A DNA stretch of 64,000 bases from an uncultured Gemmatimonadales bacterium (GTDB taxonomy: Bacteria; Gemmatimonadota; Gemmatimonadetes; Gemmatimonadales; GWC2-71-9): contig CAVZZO010000001.1 of the NCBI GenBank assembly GCA_963779755.1, positions 1,024,001-1,088,000 on the forward strand. The letters are read 5' to 3'. The position numbers were made by a program, and so were the translations under genes. Under the pieces are notes generated by a model. It searched no databases. It saw only the letters and a program-made list of their open reading frames with translations, and was not told the origin of the DNA. Positions 1 through 9,937 of this stretch are shown here, in pieces; within the stretch, counting starts at the first letter, position 1; each line of letters begins with the position of its first letter.

Positions 1-584
1 CCCGCGACCTCACAGCGCCGCCGCACTTCGCCCGCGATATGCACCGCCGTCACGCCGGCGAGGCGGGACATGTCGGCCTGGAGGGTGTGCGCCTCCTCGG
101 CGGCGTGGTGGGCCAGCCGGAAGCCGCTGGTCTGCCGCAGGAAGGCGATGCTGCGCAGCAGGTTCTCGGCGGTGCGCGGGCCGAAGCGGGGCAGGGTCGC
201 GAGGCGGCCGTCGCGGGCCGCGGCTTCCAGGTCGGCCAGAGAGTCGATGCCCAGGGCGTCATGGATCTGCCGGATCCGGGCGACGCCGAGTCCGGGAATG
301 CCGAGCATCTCGATCAGCCCGGGCGGGATCTGCTCCCGCAGGTCCTCCAGCATGCTGGAGCGGCCGGTCTGCACCAGCTCCGTGACGATGCGGAGGGTGG
401 CGGGGCCGACTCCGCGGGCCGCGGCCAGCGAGCCGTCCGCCAGCGCGGTGGGCAGATCGGCGGGGAGGCTCTTGATGGCCCGGGCGGCATTGGTGAATGC
501 CCGGATCCGGAAGGCGCTCTCCTGTTTCAGCTCGAGAAAGGACGCGATCTGCTCCAGCACATGGGCTGCCCGGCGCTTGTCCAT
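1..584 (-). CDS. polX: DNA polymerase X / PHP family protein, N-terminal part (runs off window start)
   Basis: Not in ORF track; manual translation from ATG at 584: MDKRRAAHVLEQIASFLELKQESAFRIRAFTNAARAI...RGVGPAT...LGIPGLGVARIRQIHDALGIDSLADLEAAARDGRLATLPRFGPRTAENLL...IAGEVRRRCE, with PolX HhH motifs. Start overlaps upstream stop (ATGA). Confidence 0.9.
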   Translation of the reverse strand, partial: MDKRRAAHVLEQIASFLELKQESAFRIRAFTNAARAIKSLPADLPTALADGSLAAARGVGPATLRIVTELVQTGRSSMLEDLREQIPPGLIEMLGIPGLGVARIRQIHDALGIDSLADLEAAARDGRLATLPRFGPRTAENLLRSIAFLRQTSGFRLAHHAAEEAHTLQADMSRLAGVTAVHIAGEVRRRCEVA

Positions 585-1231
585 CAGGCGCCGCCTCCGG
601 CCTCGAAGGCCAGCAGCCGAACCGCCAGCTCCAGCAACTCTTCTCCTCCGGTGATCGAATGCAGCCCCGCGGCCGCTCCTCCCTCCAGGACGGGGGCGAA
701 CAGCGGCTCTCCGCCGGCGCGTGCCAGGGCGGGTGAGGGTTGGCCGACCGCCTCTACCACGGTAACGCCGGGGCGGTCGGGGTGCAGGCCGAAAATACCC
801 AGCGCGTGCAGCGCGTCGTCGGTGGAGAACAGGAAGACCCCGTCCAGCGGCTCGTGGGGGCCGGCATCCTGCAGCCGCGCCCACACCGTCCGCTCCGGCA
901 CCTGCACATACCAGCTGCCCGCTGGCAGCGACCGACCGGCCGGGCTCTGGAGGGCGCGCTCCAGGACCGGGCGGTTCAACTGAGCGACGCGCTGTCCGTC
1001 CAGCCAGAAGAGAAAGGCGTGGTGCAATATTGCCGCGTACTCCTCCAGCGCCTCGGGCGGGCTTTCCTCCGGGACCAGGTCGCGCAGGAGCCGGACGGCT
1101 TCGAGGTCCAGCAGGAAGGCATCGCGGCTCCGCGGGTCGCGGGCCGACTGCTGCAGCGAATCGCGGATCGCCGTGAATCGCTCCGGAGCCAGATCCGCGA
1201 AGACATGAGAGAAGGGGGTGGGCCGGAGCAT
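584..1231 (-). CDS. hypothetical protein (215 aa), translationally coupled to polX
   Basis: Coding-like composition; stop overlaps polX start; no family recognised. Confidence 0.75.
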   Translation of the reverse strand: MLRPTPFSHVFADLAPERFTAIRDSLQQSARDPRSRDAFLLDLEAVRLLRDLVPEESPPEALEEYAAILHHAFLFWLDGQRVAQLNRPVLERALQSPAGRSLPAGSWYVQVPERTVWARLQDAGPHEPLDGVFLFSTDDALHALGIFGLHPDRPGVTVVEAVGQPSPALARAGGEPLFAPVLEGGAAAGLHSITGGEELLELAVRLLAFEAGGGA

Positions 1232-1307
1232 GCTCGGAGATTAATCCGGTTGCGCGGTTTCGAGGGCCCCGCGGCCGGTCGAGGGGCCGGGGAGGGTTCC
1301 GCGATGG

Positions 1308-2147
1308 TCAGGATGGCTGGGAGGGGAGAAACCCGTTCATCAGCCGGAGCCACTCGTCATGCGCCTCGACGTACGGCACGTGGCCGCAGTGGGGCAGCAG
1401 GTGAAAGGGCGCCTGCAGCAGGTCGGCGACCTCGCGGGCGCTCGCCGCGGGGATGGGATCGCTGTCGCCAATCATGACCAGTGCCCGCACCTGGAGGCGG
1501 CCGAGGGCGGGCCGGAGGTCGAAGTCTCCCAGACTGCTCCAGACCTCCTCCTGCGTGCGCCCGGTGATCCGGAAGGGCGTGAGATCACTCGCCCGGGCCG
1601 GCTGGTGGAAATATCCCGCCACCGACAGCTCGAAGAGGCGCCGGCGGTACGCATCGGGATCGCGCTCTCGCAGGCCGCTCTGCCGCAGGCGGGCGCGTTC
1701 TTCCTGCAGTGGAGCGGCCAGGTTGCGCTGGGCGAACCGCTGCTCGAACTGGTGCCGGGCCTCGCTCCAGGCGGGGGCGGGGGAGACCAGCGCGAGCGAG
1801 GCAACCCGGGCGGGATAGCGCACGGCGTACAGCTCGGCCAGCAGGCCGCCCCAGGAGTAGCCGGCCAGGTCCAGCCGGTCCAGGCCCCAGATCTCCCGCA
1901 GGGCTTCCAGGTCTTCCACCTGTTCGCGCCAGCCGACCGGCACGTTCCGCGGCACCGGTGAGCGGCCCCCGCCGCGCTGATCGTAGTAGATGAGCTCCCG
2001 TCCGCGCGCCAGCTCGTCGAACGCGGGGAGGAGGTAATCGTGATGCGCGCCGGGGCCGCCGTGCAGGACCACGACCGGGGGTCCCGACCCTGCCCGGCGC
2101 TCGAACAGCTCCACGCCCCGGATCTGCCGCTGGAAGGTCTCAGCCAT
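1308..2147 (-). CDS. alpha/beta hydrolase, proline iminopeptidase-like
   Basis: HGGPG oxyanion motif, YDQRGGGRS, GYSWGG nucleophile elbow, C-terminal GH; start trimmed to MAETFQRQ. Confidence 0.9.
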   Translation of the reverse strand: MAETFQRQIRGVELFERRAGSGPPVVVLHGGPGAHHDYLLPAFDELARGRELIYYDQRGGGRSPVPRNVPVGWREQVEDLEALREIWGLDRLDLAGYSWGGLLAELYAVRYPARVASLALVSPAPAWSEARHQFEQRFAQRNLAAPLQEERARLRQSGLRERDPDAYRRRLFELSVAGYFHQPARASDLTPFRITGRTQEEVWSSLGDFDLRPALGRLQVRALVMIGDSDPIPAASAREVADLLQAPFHLLPHCGHVPYVEAHDEWLRLMNGFLPSQPS

Positions 2148-3042
2148 AGTACTCGACCACCGTCGCCACCGAGCGGGCGTGAATGGTGGCGATGTCCTCC
2201 AACCGGGGCGCATAGCCACCGGCCATGGCGAGTACCAGCGGGAGGCCCCGCCGGCGGCAGGTCTCCACCACCAGGCGGTCGCGGCGCGCCAGACCATCGA
2301 AGCTCAGGGCCAGCCGGCCCAGCCGGTCGCCCCGGTAGGGATCGGCGCCCGCCAGGTAGAAGACGAGATCGGGCGCGGCCCGGTCGAGCAGGGGCGCGAG
2401 CCGGTCTTCCAGAATGGTCAGATATTCCCGATCGTCGCACCCGTCGGGGAGGCCCACGTCCAGGTCGCCCGGCACCTTGTGGAAGGGGTAATTCGACGCC
2501 GCATGCAACGAGAGCGTGGTCACGTCGGCGTCACCGGCGAAGAGCGAGGCGGTGCCGTTGCCCTGATGCACATCCAGGTCCACCACGGCGGCCCGCCCGA
2601 GGAGTCCTTCACGCTGCAGCCACCGCACCGCTATCGCTACATCGTTGAAGACGCAGAACCCTTCGCCCCGGTCGGCGAAGGCGTGATGGGTCCCGCCGGC
2701 GAGTGTCATGCCGGCACCCCGGTCCAGCGCATCGCGGGCCGCCTCGAGAGTGCACTGCACGGTGCGCAGCGAGCGCTCCCGGAGGCCCGGGCTCCAGGGG
2801 AAGCCCAGGCGGCGCGTCTCGGCTTCGGAGAGGTCCCCTGCCAGCACGGCGTCCACGTAGCGGGCGGTATGCACCAGCTGGAGGGCCCAGCGCTCCGCCC
2901 GTTCGGGTTCTTCCAGGGCTGACGGCGCCAGTATCCCATGGGCAAGCACGGTGTCGCGGATGAGCGGGTACTTGCTGATGGGAAAGCGGTGGCCTGCCGG
3001 CAGGGGGACGTGGTAACGGGCGGAGGACCAGGCGCGGAGCAT
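2140..3042 (-). CDS. histone deacetylase family (Zn-dependent) protein
   Basis: GHRFP, GGTHHA, GFC, DLDVHQGNGT, GADP..D, GGY motifs. Confidence 0.95.
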   Translation of the reverse strand: MLRAWSSARYHVPLPAGHRFPISKYPLIRDTVLAHGILAPSALEEPERAERWALQLVHTARYVDAVLAGDLSEAETRRLGFPWSPGLRERSLRTVQCTLEAARDALDRGAGMTLAGGTHHAFADRGEGFCVFNDVAIAVRWLQREGLLGRAAVVDLDVHQGNGTASLFAGDADVTTLSLHAASNYPFHKVPGDLDVGLPDGCDDREYLTILEDRLAPLLDRAAPDLVFYLAGADPYRGDRLGRLALSFDGLARRDRLVVETCRRRGLPLVLAMAGGYAPRLEDIATIHARSVATVVEYYG

Positions 3043-3102
3043 GGGAAGGGGCAGGAGATCGGGAATCAGGAACGGCGGGCCTTCCGCGCCTGTTCCGGAC
3101 TC

Positions 3103-3558
3103 CTAGAGCAGAACCGCCAGCGCGTCCGCTACCTGGCGCACCGCCGCTTCTTCCTCGGGGGTGAAAGGGTCGGGGACGTCGCTGTCGATGTCGATCTGTC
3201 CCAGGATATCGGCCCCGCGGCGGATCAGGACGACCAGCTCCGAGCGGGTGAAGATGTTGCAGGCGATGTAGTTCTCGATGGCCCGCACGTCGCCCACGTT
3301 CTGGTCTTCTCGCTGGGCAACGGCGCTGCCGCAGACCCCATGTCCCACGGCGATCCGGACATGCTCCGTCTCCCGGCCGGCAAAGGCCTCGAGATGGAGG
3401 GTCTCGCCCTGCAGCATGTAGAGATAGACGGACGTGTAAGGCGGGCCGGCGCTCTGGATCCGGTCGGCGGCGAGCTGGAGCAGGGCCTGGCGGCCGGCAT
3501 CGCGGGCAAAGGCGCCGCGGAGGGCCGCGACGATGCGCTCGGCCTGCAGCACGGGCAT
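3103..3558 (-). CDS. GAF-domain protein, free methionine-R-sulfoxide reductase (fRMsr/MsrC)-like
   Basis: VRIAVGHGVCG, YIAC, RSELVV, GQIDIDS motifs. Confidence 0.85.
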   Translation of the reverse strand: MPVLQAERIVAALRGAFARDAGRQALLQLAADRIQSAGPPYTSVYLYMLQGETLHLEAFAGRETEHVRIAVGHGVCGSAVAQREDQNVGDVRAIENYIACNIFTRSELVVLIRRGADILGQIDIDSDVPDPFTPEEEAAVRQVADALAVLL

Positions 3559-3561
3559 GTC

Positions 3562-4845
3562 TCAGCCCCCGCGAACGCCGAGGGTGGCATTGACCGTCTG
3601 CCGCTCGCCGTCGCGCAGGAAGACGATCTTTACCTGGTCTCCCGCGCGGTGGCTGCGCAGGGCGGAGGTCATGGCCTGCAGATCGGGGATGTCCATCTCG
3701 CCGATCCGGACGATGATGTCGTTGCCCTTGAGGCCGGCCTGGTCGGCCGGGCTGCCGGCGCGTACGCCGGTGATGCGCACCCCGCCGGGGCTGCCCGCCA
3801 TGTCGGGGATGGTTCCCAGATAGGCGCCGTACCCGGGGGTCACGGAGCCGGGCTCGTCGTGGGCGGGGAGCTGGGCGATGGGCTTCGCGTCTTCGAAGGT
3901 GAGCGGTCCCGGCCGGTCGGCCAGGGCGCGCACGATGCTGGCGGTGAAATCGGCGACCCGTACCAGGCCATCCACGTTGATCTTCTGCCAGTCGTCGGTG
4001 GTCCGGTGATAATCCTCGTGCAGGTCGGTAAAGACATGCAGGACGGGCAGTTTGGCGGCAAAGAACGAGGACTGATCGCTGGGGCCGTAGCCGTTTCCCT
4101 GTTGCCGCAGGTCGAACCCGGCGTACCAGTTCAGGGAATCGAGCATGGCGGGGAACTCGTCGGCCGTTTCGGTGCCGTAGACGATGAGCCGGCGGTTCCG
4201 TAGCCGGCCCACCATGTCCATGTTGACCATGGCCTCGGTGGCGCTCAGCGGATAGAGCGGATGCTGGACGTAATATCCGGAGCCGAGCAGGCCCAGCTCC
4301 TCGCCGCTGAAGGCGATGAAGACGACGGTCCGCAGGGGCGGATTGGCGGCCAGCCGCGCGGCGATGTGGATGAGCGCCGCGGTACCGCTGGCGTTGTCGT
4401 CGGCGCCGTTGTGGATCCGCCCCATGCTGTCGGGGTCGAGGCTCCCGAATCGCCCGTCGCCGAGGTGGTCGTAATGGGCACCCACCACGACCGTCTGGTT
4501 CCGCAGGACCGGGTCGCGGCCGGGCAGGACGCCGATCACGTTCCGGCCGATGACATCGCCCAGCCGGGCCTGGGCCGCCGCGGGGGCATTTTCCGAGATG
4601 GGAAAGGCCTGGAACCAGCCCTGGGAGCCGGGCTGGAGGCCGGCCTGCGCAAAGCGGCGGGCAAGATATTGGGCCGCGGAATCGGCGCCCGGTGAACCGG
4701 TGAGCCGGCCCCCCAGGGCGTCCGACGCCAGATACTGGACGTCCCGGAGGATCTGATAGGCCTCCGGCGTTGTCTGTGCGCGCGCCGGGCTTCCGCCCAG
4801 CGAAACCAGAGCCAGGAAGAAGGCAAAGAAGATCTGTCTCCGCAT
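3562..4845 (-). CDS. secreted M28 family peptidase with C-terminal PDZ domain
   Basis: Signal peptide (MRRQIFF...ARA-Q), GAHYDHLG, GADDNASG, GEELGLLGS, PSDQ, DYH; PDZ YLGTIPD...GSPADQAGL. Confidence 0.92.
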   Translation of the reverse strand: MRRQIFFAFFLALVSLGGSPARAQTTPEAYQILRDVQYLASDALGGRLTGSPGADSAAQYLARRFAQAGLQPGSQGWFQAFPISENAPAAAQARLGDVIGRNVIGVLPGRDPVLRNQTVVVGAHYDHLGDGRFGSLDPDSMGRIHNGADDNASGTAALIHIAARLAANPPLRTVVFIAFSGEELGLLGSGYYVQHPLYPLSATEAMVNMDMVGRLRNRRLIVYGTETADEFPAMLDSLNWYAGFDLRQQGNGYGPSDQSSFFAAKLPVLHVFTDLHEDYHRTTDDWQKINVDGLVRVADFTASIVRALADRPGPLTFEDAKPIAQLPAHDEPGSVTPGYGAYLGTIPDMAGSPGGVRITGVRAGSPADQAGLKGNDIIVRIGEMDIPDLQAMTSALRSHRAGDQVKIVFLRDGERQTVNATLGVRGG

Positions 4846-4898
4846 GCCTGAAAGAAACTTTCCCTGCTGGTCCCGCGTCAACCTGACATTCCAGCACG

Positions 4899-4927
4899 TT
4901 GCCGCGCTTACGGTTGCCTCTTATCTT
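4899..4927 (+). promoter_or_regulatory. putative sigma70 promoter of HEAT-repeat gene
   Basis: TTGCCG-N17-TATCTT, 20 nt before ATG 4948. Confidence 0.45.
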
Positions 4928-4947
4928 CACGCGGCCCCTTCAATCTC

Positions 4948-6431
4948 ATGATCGATACCACCTCCGTTACAACCAGCCTGGCCCGCGTGCTGTCACTCCT
5001 CCGGCTCGATCCGGAGGATCGCGATGCTCAGAAGGCAGCCTTTCGTGCCCTGCTGGTACGAATGGGAGGCCAGGACGTCGAGCTCCAGGTCACCGCGCAG
5101 GGCCTCAGGGTTAACGGAACGCGGGTCCCCGAGGCCACGATGGGGCTGGCGGAGCTGCGCCGGCCGCTGCTGAGCCATGGGATCGGCGAGTTGTTCATTC
5201 CCGGGGCGCTCGCTCCAGCCCAGCTCCTCCAGCTCATCCGCGCCATCGCCGCGCCGCCGGAGACCTACGCCCGGCTGCAGCAGCTGCGAGACTCGCTCAC
5301 CGAGCACGGCATTACCGGCGTCCGCGTGGCTCCCCCCTCGATGCCCCAGCGGAGAAAGGCGCCGAGGAGGAGGGAGCCCTCTCGGCCCTGGGCCCCGGCG
5401 CCGCCAGCGAGGATTCGGTCGGGCTGCTCCATTTCGTCACCCTCGAACTGCCGAGCGGCGGGCGCCTGGCCGATCTGCTGAGTCGGCTGGAGGACAACCC
5501 CGACGCCGCCGAGGTGTCGGAGCTGCTGAACGAGGTGGTCGGCTTCGGAGAGATGGCCTGCCGGCGGGAACAGTGGTTGGAGGTGCTCCAGGCGGCGGCG
5601 GCGCTGGTGAGGCTGGAGGAGCTGGCGAGCGAGGAATCGGCCCGGCGGGGGTACCATATCGCGCTGCGCCGGCTGATGTCGCGCAGCGCCCTGGACCAGG
5701 TGGTCCGGATGGCCGCCAGCGGAAACCACAAGGCCGAAGCCATCACCGTTCTGCGGCGGATCGGGGCGGAGGGAACGGAGCTGCTGGTCAACGCGCTGGT
5801 GAGCGCGCGCGAACTGGACGAGCGGCGTGCCTACTTCTCGGCACTGAGTCAGATGCGCGAGGGGACCGACCTGCTGGTCCACATGCTGGGGCACGATGAG
5901 TGGTTCGTGGTGCGCAATGTGGCCTATCTCTGCGGCGAGCTGGAGCTGGAGAGCGCCGTGCCCGCGCTAGGTAACCTCACCGGCCACCTGGACGACCGGG
6001 TCCGCCGGGCCGTCGCGGCGGCGCTGGGCCGGATCGGCACCGGCGCCACCATCGAACCTCTGCGCCGCCTGCTCACCGATTCGTCCGCCATTGTCCGGCT
6101 GGACGCCGCCATGGCGATCGACGGTCCGAAGGGGCGCCCCCTGGTGCCCGCCCTGCGTGAGCTCATTTCCCGGGATCCGGAGCACGACGTGCAGCGGGAG
6201 ATGCTGCTGGCGCTGGCCCGGATCGGCACGCCCGAGGCGATCGACGGCATCGCGGCCTCCGCCGCGGGGGGCCGGGGACTGTTCCAGCGCAAGGCCGTGG
6301 CGCTCCGTCTGGCCGCCATTGCCGCGCTGCGCCAGGCGGGGGGCGACCGCGCCGGCGCGGCGTTGCACGGTCTGGCCGCTGACAAGGACCCGCAGGTGCG
6401 CCAGGCGGTGCAGCAGGCGCTGGCGGACTGA
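4948..6431 (+). pseudogene. HEAT-repeat protein split by a one-base frameshift at C6 run 5332-5337 (real or assembly error)
   Basis: ORFs 4948..5481 and 5514..6431 join into one frame if one C is added (...VAPPLDAPAEKGAEEEGALS...); C-terminal HEAT repeats (WFVVRNVA, DDRVRRAVAAALGRIG). Confidence 0.8.
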
Positions 6432-6438
6432 GCGGCCG

Positions 6439-7506
6439 TTAGCGCAGCACGAAGTCGGTCGTTGCCTCCACCCGTCGCGCGAAGGCTGCCAGCAGCCGGA
6501 TCGCGCGATCAACATCCGCCAGCGCAATCATCTCATTGGGGCTGTGCATATAGCGCAGCGGAACGGAGACCAGGCCGGTCGCCACGCCGCGGTGGGCCGT
6601 GAAGATGGCGTCCGCGTCGGTCCCGGTGTCGCGGGGCGCCGCCTGGATGGTATAGGGGATTTCCTCCTCTCCGGCGGCGGCGGCCAGCATATCGAACACC
6701 GCCGCATTCACGGCCGATCCACGCGAGAGCACCGGTCCGCCGCCCAGGCGGACATCGCCGTGCCGCTTCTTCTCGACTCCGGGCGTATCGGTGGCGTGGG
6801 TTACGTCTACTACGATCGCGATGTCCGCCTCGAGGCCGGTCGCGGAGGTCCTGGCACCGCCGCCGGTGTGGGCGATCTCTTCCTGCGTGGTGGCCACGGC
6901 CGTCACCTGGGCGAGGGGCCGGTCCTGCGCCAGCAGCCGGAGCGCCTCGAGCGCCACGAAGGCTCCCATGCGGTTATCGAGGCTGCGGCTCACCAGCCGT
7001 CCTCCGGGGTATTCCTGCACGCCGGCGGCCAGCACGCCGGCATCGCCCACGCGGATCCGTTCCAGCGCATCCGCGCGGCTCCCTGCGCCGATGTCGATCC
7101 AGAGATCCGAGGCCCTGGAGACCTTCTCCCGGTCCTCCTTATCCATCAGATGGATGGCTTTCTTCCCGATGACGCCGGCCTCCACCCCGCCGCGCCCCAG
7201 CAGCAGCACCCGCTGACCCACGAAGACCTGGTGGTCCCATCCGCCGACCGGCTCGAAGTAGACATAGCCGTCGTCGTCGATGTAGGTGACCATGAGCCCG
7301 ATTTCGTCGATATGCCCGGCGAACATGATGCGGGGCCGCGCGCCGCGGTTGATCGTGGCGCAGGAGTTCCCCGCCGGATCGGCCACGACTTCTTCGGCAA
7401 ATCGCTCGGCCTGGGCGCGCCAGAGGCGGGCTGGTCCCAGTTCGAAGCCGGAAGGGCCGGGCGTGTCGAGCAGCCGGGAGAGAAACTGCAGGGCGTCCTG
7501 GTTCAT
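6439..7506 (-). CDS. M42 family metallopeptidase (TET aminopeptidase-like)
   Basis: PGPSGFE, GHIDEIG, LDNR, QEEI, VDVTH, RYMHSPNE. Confidence 0.95.
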   Translation of the reverse strand: MNQDALQFLSRLLDTPGPSGFELGPARLWRAQAERFAEEVVADPAGNSCATINRGARPRIMFAGHIDEIGLMVTYIDDDGYVYFEPVGGWDHQVFVGQRVLLLGRGGVEAGVIGKKAIHLMDKEDREKVSRASDLWIDIGAGSRADALERIRVGDAGVLAAGVQEYPGGRLVSRSLDNRMGAFVALEALRLLAQDRPLAQVTAVATTQEEIAHTGGGARTSATGLEADIAIVVDVTHATDTPGVEKKRHGDVRLGGGPVLSRGSAVNAAVFDMLAAAAGEEEIPYTIQAAPRDTGTDADAIFTAHRGVATGLVSVPLRYMHSPNEMIALADVDRAIRLLAAFARRVEATTDFVLR

Positions 7507-7546
7507 GGGATCGATCGATGGTGGAGTGGAATCGGAAGGGCCGGCG

Positions 7547-7981
7547 TCATCCCCCCGCCAGCCGCTGCGGGGTAAAGGCCAGCATGAGCAGCAGGCCGGC
7601 GCCGGTAATGCCCAGCAGGGCCGGCAGATCGCCGCTGAGGAGGAAGATGACCCCGCCCAGCGCCATGCCCCCCTCGATCAGCGCCCAGAGGACTACGGCT
7701 CGCGGCTGATTGGCCGCCCACCATTCGTGCTCGGGTTGGTCTCCCGCCGGGGGAATGAGCCGGGAGCGCAGGAGCAGGGCCGCGCCGTAGCATGCGGCCG
7801 CCACGACGCCGCCCACCAGCCGGAGGCTGGAGGCCGGGACAGGCGGCGCCACGCGGAAGGACGAACCCGGCGCGCCGCGCCACGCCACGGCGACGCCCAC
7901 GAGCACCAGCGGCCCGAGCAGGAGGGCCAGGTGGAGGATGGTCGCCGTCGTGCGGCTGGGGCCGCTCGGGGTCTGGGGCAT
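7547..7981 (-). CDS. hypothetical membrane protein (about 4 TM)
   Basis: Hydrophobic segments, WALIEG motif. Confidence 0.7.
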   Translation of the reverse strand: MPQTPSGPSRTTATILHLALLLGPLVLVGVAVAWRGAPGSSFRVAPPVPASSLRLVGGVVAAACYGAALLLRSRLIPPAGDQPEHEWWAANQPRAVVLWALIEGGMALGGVIFLLSGDLPALLGITGAGLLLMLAFTPQRLAGG

Positions 7982-8194
7982 GGCCGATCCGGGAAGGTGG
8001 TGCCAGTGAAGCTAGAGCGGCAGCCGGAGTGCGTCCAGCAGCCCGTGATACAGCACGCCTTGGGCGGGGGTGCCGGCTCACAGGTGATTGCAGTCACCGC
8101 CTGTCCTCCCTTTTCCCGGCAGACTGGTGCCAGACGCCGGCACACCGCGCCGGTGCCAGGTACGGCGCTTCACTCGTACGGAGGGAACCTTACC

Positions 8195-8341
8195 ATGCTG
8201 ATGACCATATTCGTCGTGCTTCTGGTTCTCTGGCTGCTCGGAATGGTGACGGGCTACGTGTTTGGCGGCCTCCTGCATCTGTTGCTGGTGGTCGCGATCG
8301 TGGCCCTGCTGATCCGGGTCATCCAGGGCCGCACGGTCTAG
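8195..8341 (+). CDS. small membrane protein, lmo0937/DUF5670-like (48 aa)
   Basis: MLMTIFVVLLVLWLLGMVTGYVFGGLLHLLLVVAIVALLIRVIQGRTV; GGAGG RBS upstream. Confidence 0.85.
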   Translation: MLMTIFVVLLVLWLLGMVTGYVFGGLLHLLLVVAIVALLIRVIQGRTV

Positions 8342-8349
8342 GGGGCGAC

Positions 8350-8571
8350 ATGCGTGTCGCCACGCTGGTGGGCATCGTCCTCATCGTGCTCGGCGCTCTG
8401 GCGCTGGTGTTCGAGGGGTTCAGCTACCAGGACAAGGACTCTGTCGATCTGGGTGTGGCCAAGGTCACGGCCAAGCATCAGGAGCATGTCCCCATTCCGC
8501 CGATTGTCGGCGGGCTGGCGATCGTTGGCGGGCTGGTGCTGGTGGTGTGGGGGGTGAAGGCGAAACCCTGA
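8350..8571 (+). CDS. small 2-TM membrane protein, DUF3185-like (73 aa)
   Basis: MRVATLVGIVLIVLG...GFSY...VDLG...PIPPIVGGLAIVGG. Confidence 0.8.
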   Translation: MRVATLVGIVLIVLGALALVFEGFSYQDKDSVDLGVAKVTAKHQEHVPIPPIVGGLAIVGGLVLVVWGVKAKP

Positions 8572-8667
8572 GAACAGGGGAACAGGGGAACAGGGGAACA
8601 GGGAAAGGGAGAAAGGGGAACAGGGGAAGGTCGGTTACCTTTCCCTGTTCCCCTTTCCCTGTTGCCC
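8572..8667. repeat. 8-mer tandem repeat (GAACAGGG) with inverted complement forming a hairpin
   Basis: Four exact units 8572-8603 plus degenerate units; inverted arm CCTTTCCCTGTTCCCCTTTCCCTGTT from 8638. Confidence 0.9.
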
Positions 8668-9837
8668 ATGGCCCTGGCCCCCGCCGCCCGCACCCGGAAT
8701 TTCACCGAATCGGTCATCCGCGGCATGACGCGGCTGGCGCGCCAGCATGACGCGATCAACCTGGCGCAGGGCTTTCCCGACTTTCCCGCGCCGGCCCTGC
8801 TCAAGCAGGCCGCCACGCGCGCGGTCCAGCAGGACATCAACCAGTACGCTATCACCTGGGGGGCCAAGCGGCTGCGCGATGCGCTGGCCGCCGCCTACCA
8901 GGGGCGCTACGGACTGGCGGTGGATCCGGAGACCGAGCTGACGGTTACCTGCGGAGCCACCGAAGCGATGGCTTCCACCCTGCTGGCCCTGGTGAATCCG
9001 GGGGACGAGGTCATCGTTCCCGAGCCGTTCTACGAGAACTACGGGCCGGACGCGATCCTCTGCGATGCCCGGCCGGTGTTCGTCCCGCTCCGGCCCGGTG
9101 AGCCGCTCGATCTCGACCGGCTGGCGGCAGCCGGATCTCCACGCACCCGCGCCGTCATTCTCAACACTCCCAATAATCCCACGGGGCGGGTGCTTGCCCG
9201 GGCGGAGCTGGACGGCGTGGCCGAGCTATGCCGGCGCTGGAATGCCTGGGCCATCACCGACGAGATCTACGAGCATATCCGCTACCGGGGGGAGCACATC
9301 CCCATCGCCACGCTGCCCGGCATGCGGGAGCGCACCGTCACCATCAGCGGTGCCTCCAAGACCTTCAGCGTCACCGGCTGGCGGGTGGGCTGGATCGTGG
9401 CGCCACCCGGCGCGACGGACGCGATCCGCAAGGTGCACGATTTTCTCACCGTCGGGGCTCCGGCGCCGCTGCAGGAAGCGGTTGCCGTCGCTCTGGAGTC
9501 GCTCGGGGCTTCCTTCTATGAGGAACTGGCGGCGGCCTACCTCCGGCGACGGGACGTGCTGGTGGGCGCGCTCCAGCGCGCGGGCTTCGCCTGCACGCCG
9601 CCGGAGGGGGCGTACTACGTACTGGCGGACTTCTCCGGACTGTCCCGCCGGGATGACGTGGCCTTCAGCCACTGGCTCACGCGCGAGATCGGCGTGGCGC
9701 CGGTGCCGGGCTCGAGCTTCTTCCACCGGCCGGAGGACGGGCGCCGGCTGGTGCGGTTCGCCTTCTGCAAGTCCGAACAACTGCTGGCTGAGGCCGCCGG
9801 GCGGCTGGAGCGGGTGCGAGGCTCGGCACCCGCCTGA
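8668..9837 (+). CDS. PLP-dependent class I/II aminotransferase (YbdL / kynurenine aminotransferase-like)
   Basis: INLAQGFPDF, TCGATEA, NTPNNPTG, DEIYEH, SKTFSVTGWRVG, VRFAFCK. Confidence 0.93.
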   Translation: MALAPAARTRNFTESVIRGMTRLARQHDAINLAQGFPDFPAPALLKQAATRAVQQDINQYAITWGAKRLRDALAAAYQGRYGLAVDPETELTVTCGATEAMASTLLALVNPGDEVIVPEPFYENYGPDAILCDARPVFVPLRPGEPLDLDRLAAAGSPRTRAVILNTPNNPTGRVLARAELDGVAELCRRWNAWAITDEIYEHIRYRGEHIPIATLPGMRERTVTISGASKTFSVTGWRVGWIVAPPGATDAIRKVHDFLTVGAPAPLQEAVAVALESLGASFYEELAAAYLRRRDVLVGALQRAGFACTPPEGAYYVLADFSGLSRRDDVAFSHWLTREIGVAPVPGSSFFHRPEDGRRLVRFAFCKSEQLLAEAAGRLERVRGSAPA

Positions 9838-9937
9838 CGGCCCCGGAAAACCGGTGTGCGGACCGGATCGTTACCTTCCTGAAGCGGCTGCCGCGGCGTT
9901 CCGGGGCCCCCGATTTCCTTCAGCTCTCGACTGTCGC

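Noticed and set aside
8158..8172. AGGTACGGCGCTTCA as sigma54 promoter of the small membrane protein genes
   Set aside because: Lacks the -12 GC; too weak to call
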